Positions 26,699 to 26,915 of a stretch of DNA of 26,915 nucleotides are shown here, one piece after another. This DNA is from a virus (Duplodnaviria > Heunggongvirae > Uroviricota > Caudoviricetes). Where the stretch lies: positions 1 through 26,915 of IMG/VR virus record IMGVR_UViG_2541047885_000002. One strand, 5' to 3'. The notes below the pieces were generated by a model. It was not told the DNA's origin, did not search any database, and was given only the letters and a program-made list of their open reading frames with translations. Each line of letters opens with the position of its first letter. Positions within the stretch are counted from its first letter, which is position 1. Both the position numbers and the translations under genes were made by a program.

Positions 26699-26915
26699 TG
26701 AACCGCCCCGGGTTTCCTGGAGAGTGTTTTATCTGTGAACTCAGGCTGCCAGATCATCGTTTCCGATGGAAGCATAATAAGCTTTTTCTGCTTCTGCCGG
26801 AGGAGTATGGCCCAGCCTTTCCAGCAATCGTCGATTGTTATACCAGTCCACCCACGTGAGTGTGGCCAGTTCCACTTCTGCACGGTTTTTCCAGCTCTTA
26901 CGGTGTATTACCTCC
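26699..26915 (-). mobile_element. Right-hand end of a second copy of the same IS3-family element, inverted relative to the copy at the window start; the transposase 3' end is read on the minus strand
   Basis: 26699-26790 is the exact reverse complement of 1-92. The minus strand of 26741-26915 encodes ...[45 protein letters not shown]-stop, an IS3-family OrfB C-terminus. The element continues beyond the window. Confidence 0.8.

Noticed and set aside
1-26915. CRISPR arrays, rRNA, integrase, att sites, cos site
   Set aside because: No regularly spaced short repeats or rRNA-like sequence were seen. Integrase and att would lie outside this arm of a P22-like prophage. P22-like phages package by headful from a pac site inside terS, so no cos site is expected, and I could not identify the pac sequence by eye.

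Overview
The window reads as the right arm of a P22-like (lambdoid) prophage of an enterobacterium, all on the + strand in canonical order: 3' fragment of a DnaB-family helicase gene, a nin region (NinB, NinE, NinX-like, NinF, NinG, NinH, NinI), a Q21/933W-type antiterminator Q with PR' and tR', an HNH-AP2 moron, a phage-21-type lysis cassette (pinholin, SAR endolysin, Rz with embedded Rz1), a KilA-N protein, then TerS, TerL, a P22 gp1-like portal, scaffold, coat, gp4, gp10, gp26 needle, gp14 and ejection proteins gp7, gp20, gp16, and finally an immI-like accessory region (mnt, arc, Bro-N antirepressor). Both ends of the window are the same 92-bp terminus of an IS3-family element in inverted orientation; the left copy truncates the helicase gene and the right copy truncates the antirepressor gene. 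The best candidate for an undescribed system is in the immI-like region: a ClpP-family serine peptidase homologue translationally coupled to the Mnt-like repressor, next to a visibly AT-rich divergent gene pair controlled by four ATGCWWGCAT operator-like repeats. A second candidate is a pair of small minus-strand genes inserted antisense between the lysis cassette and terS. All protein calls rest on reading the translations, remembered reference sequences and synteny; no database search or computation was run, and boundaries of small genes and alternative starts are approximate. No tRNA, rRNA, CRISPR array, integrase or att site was recognised.
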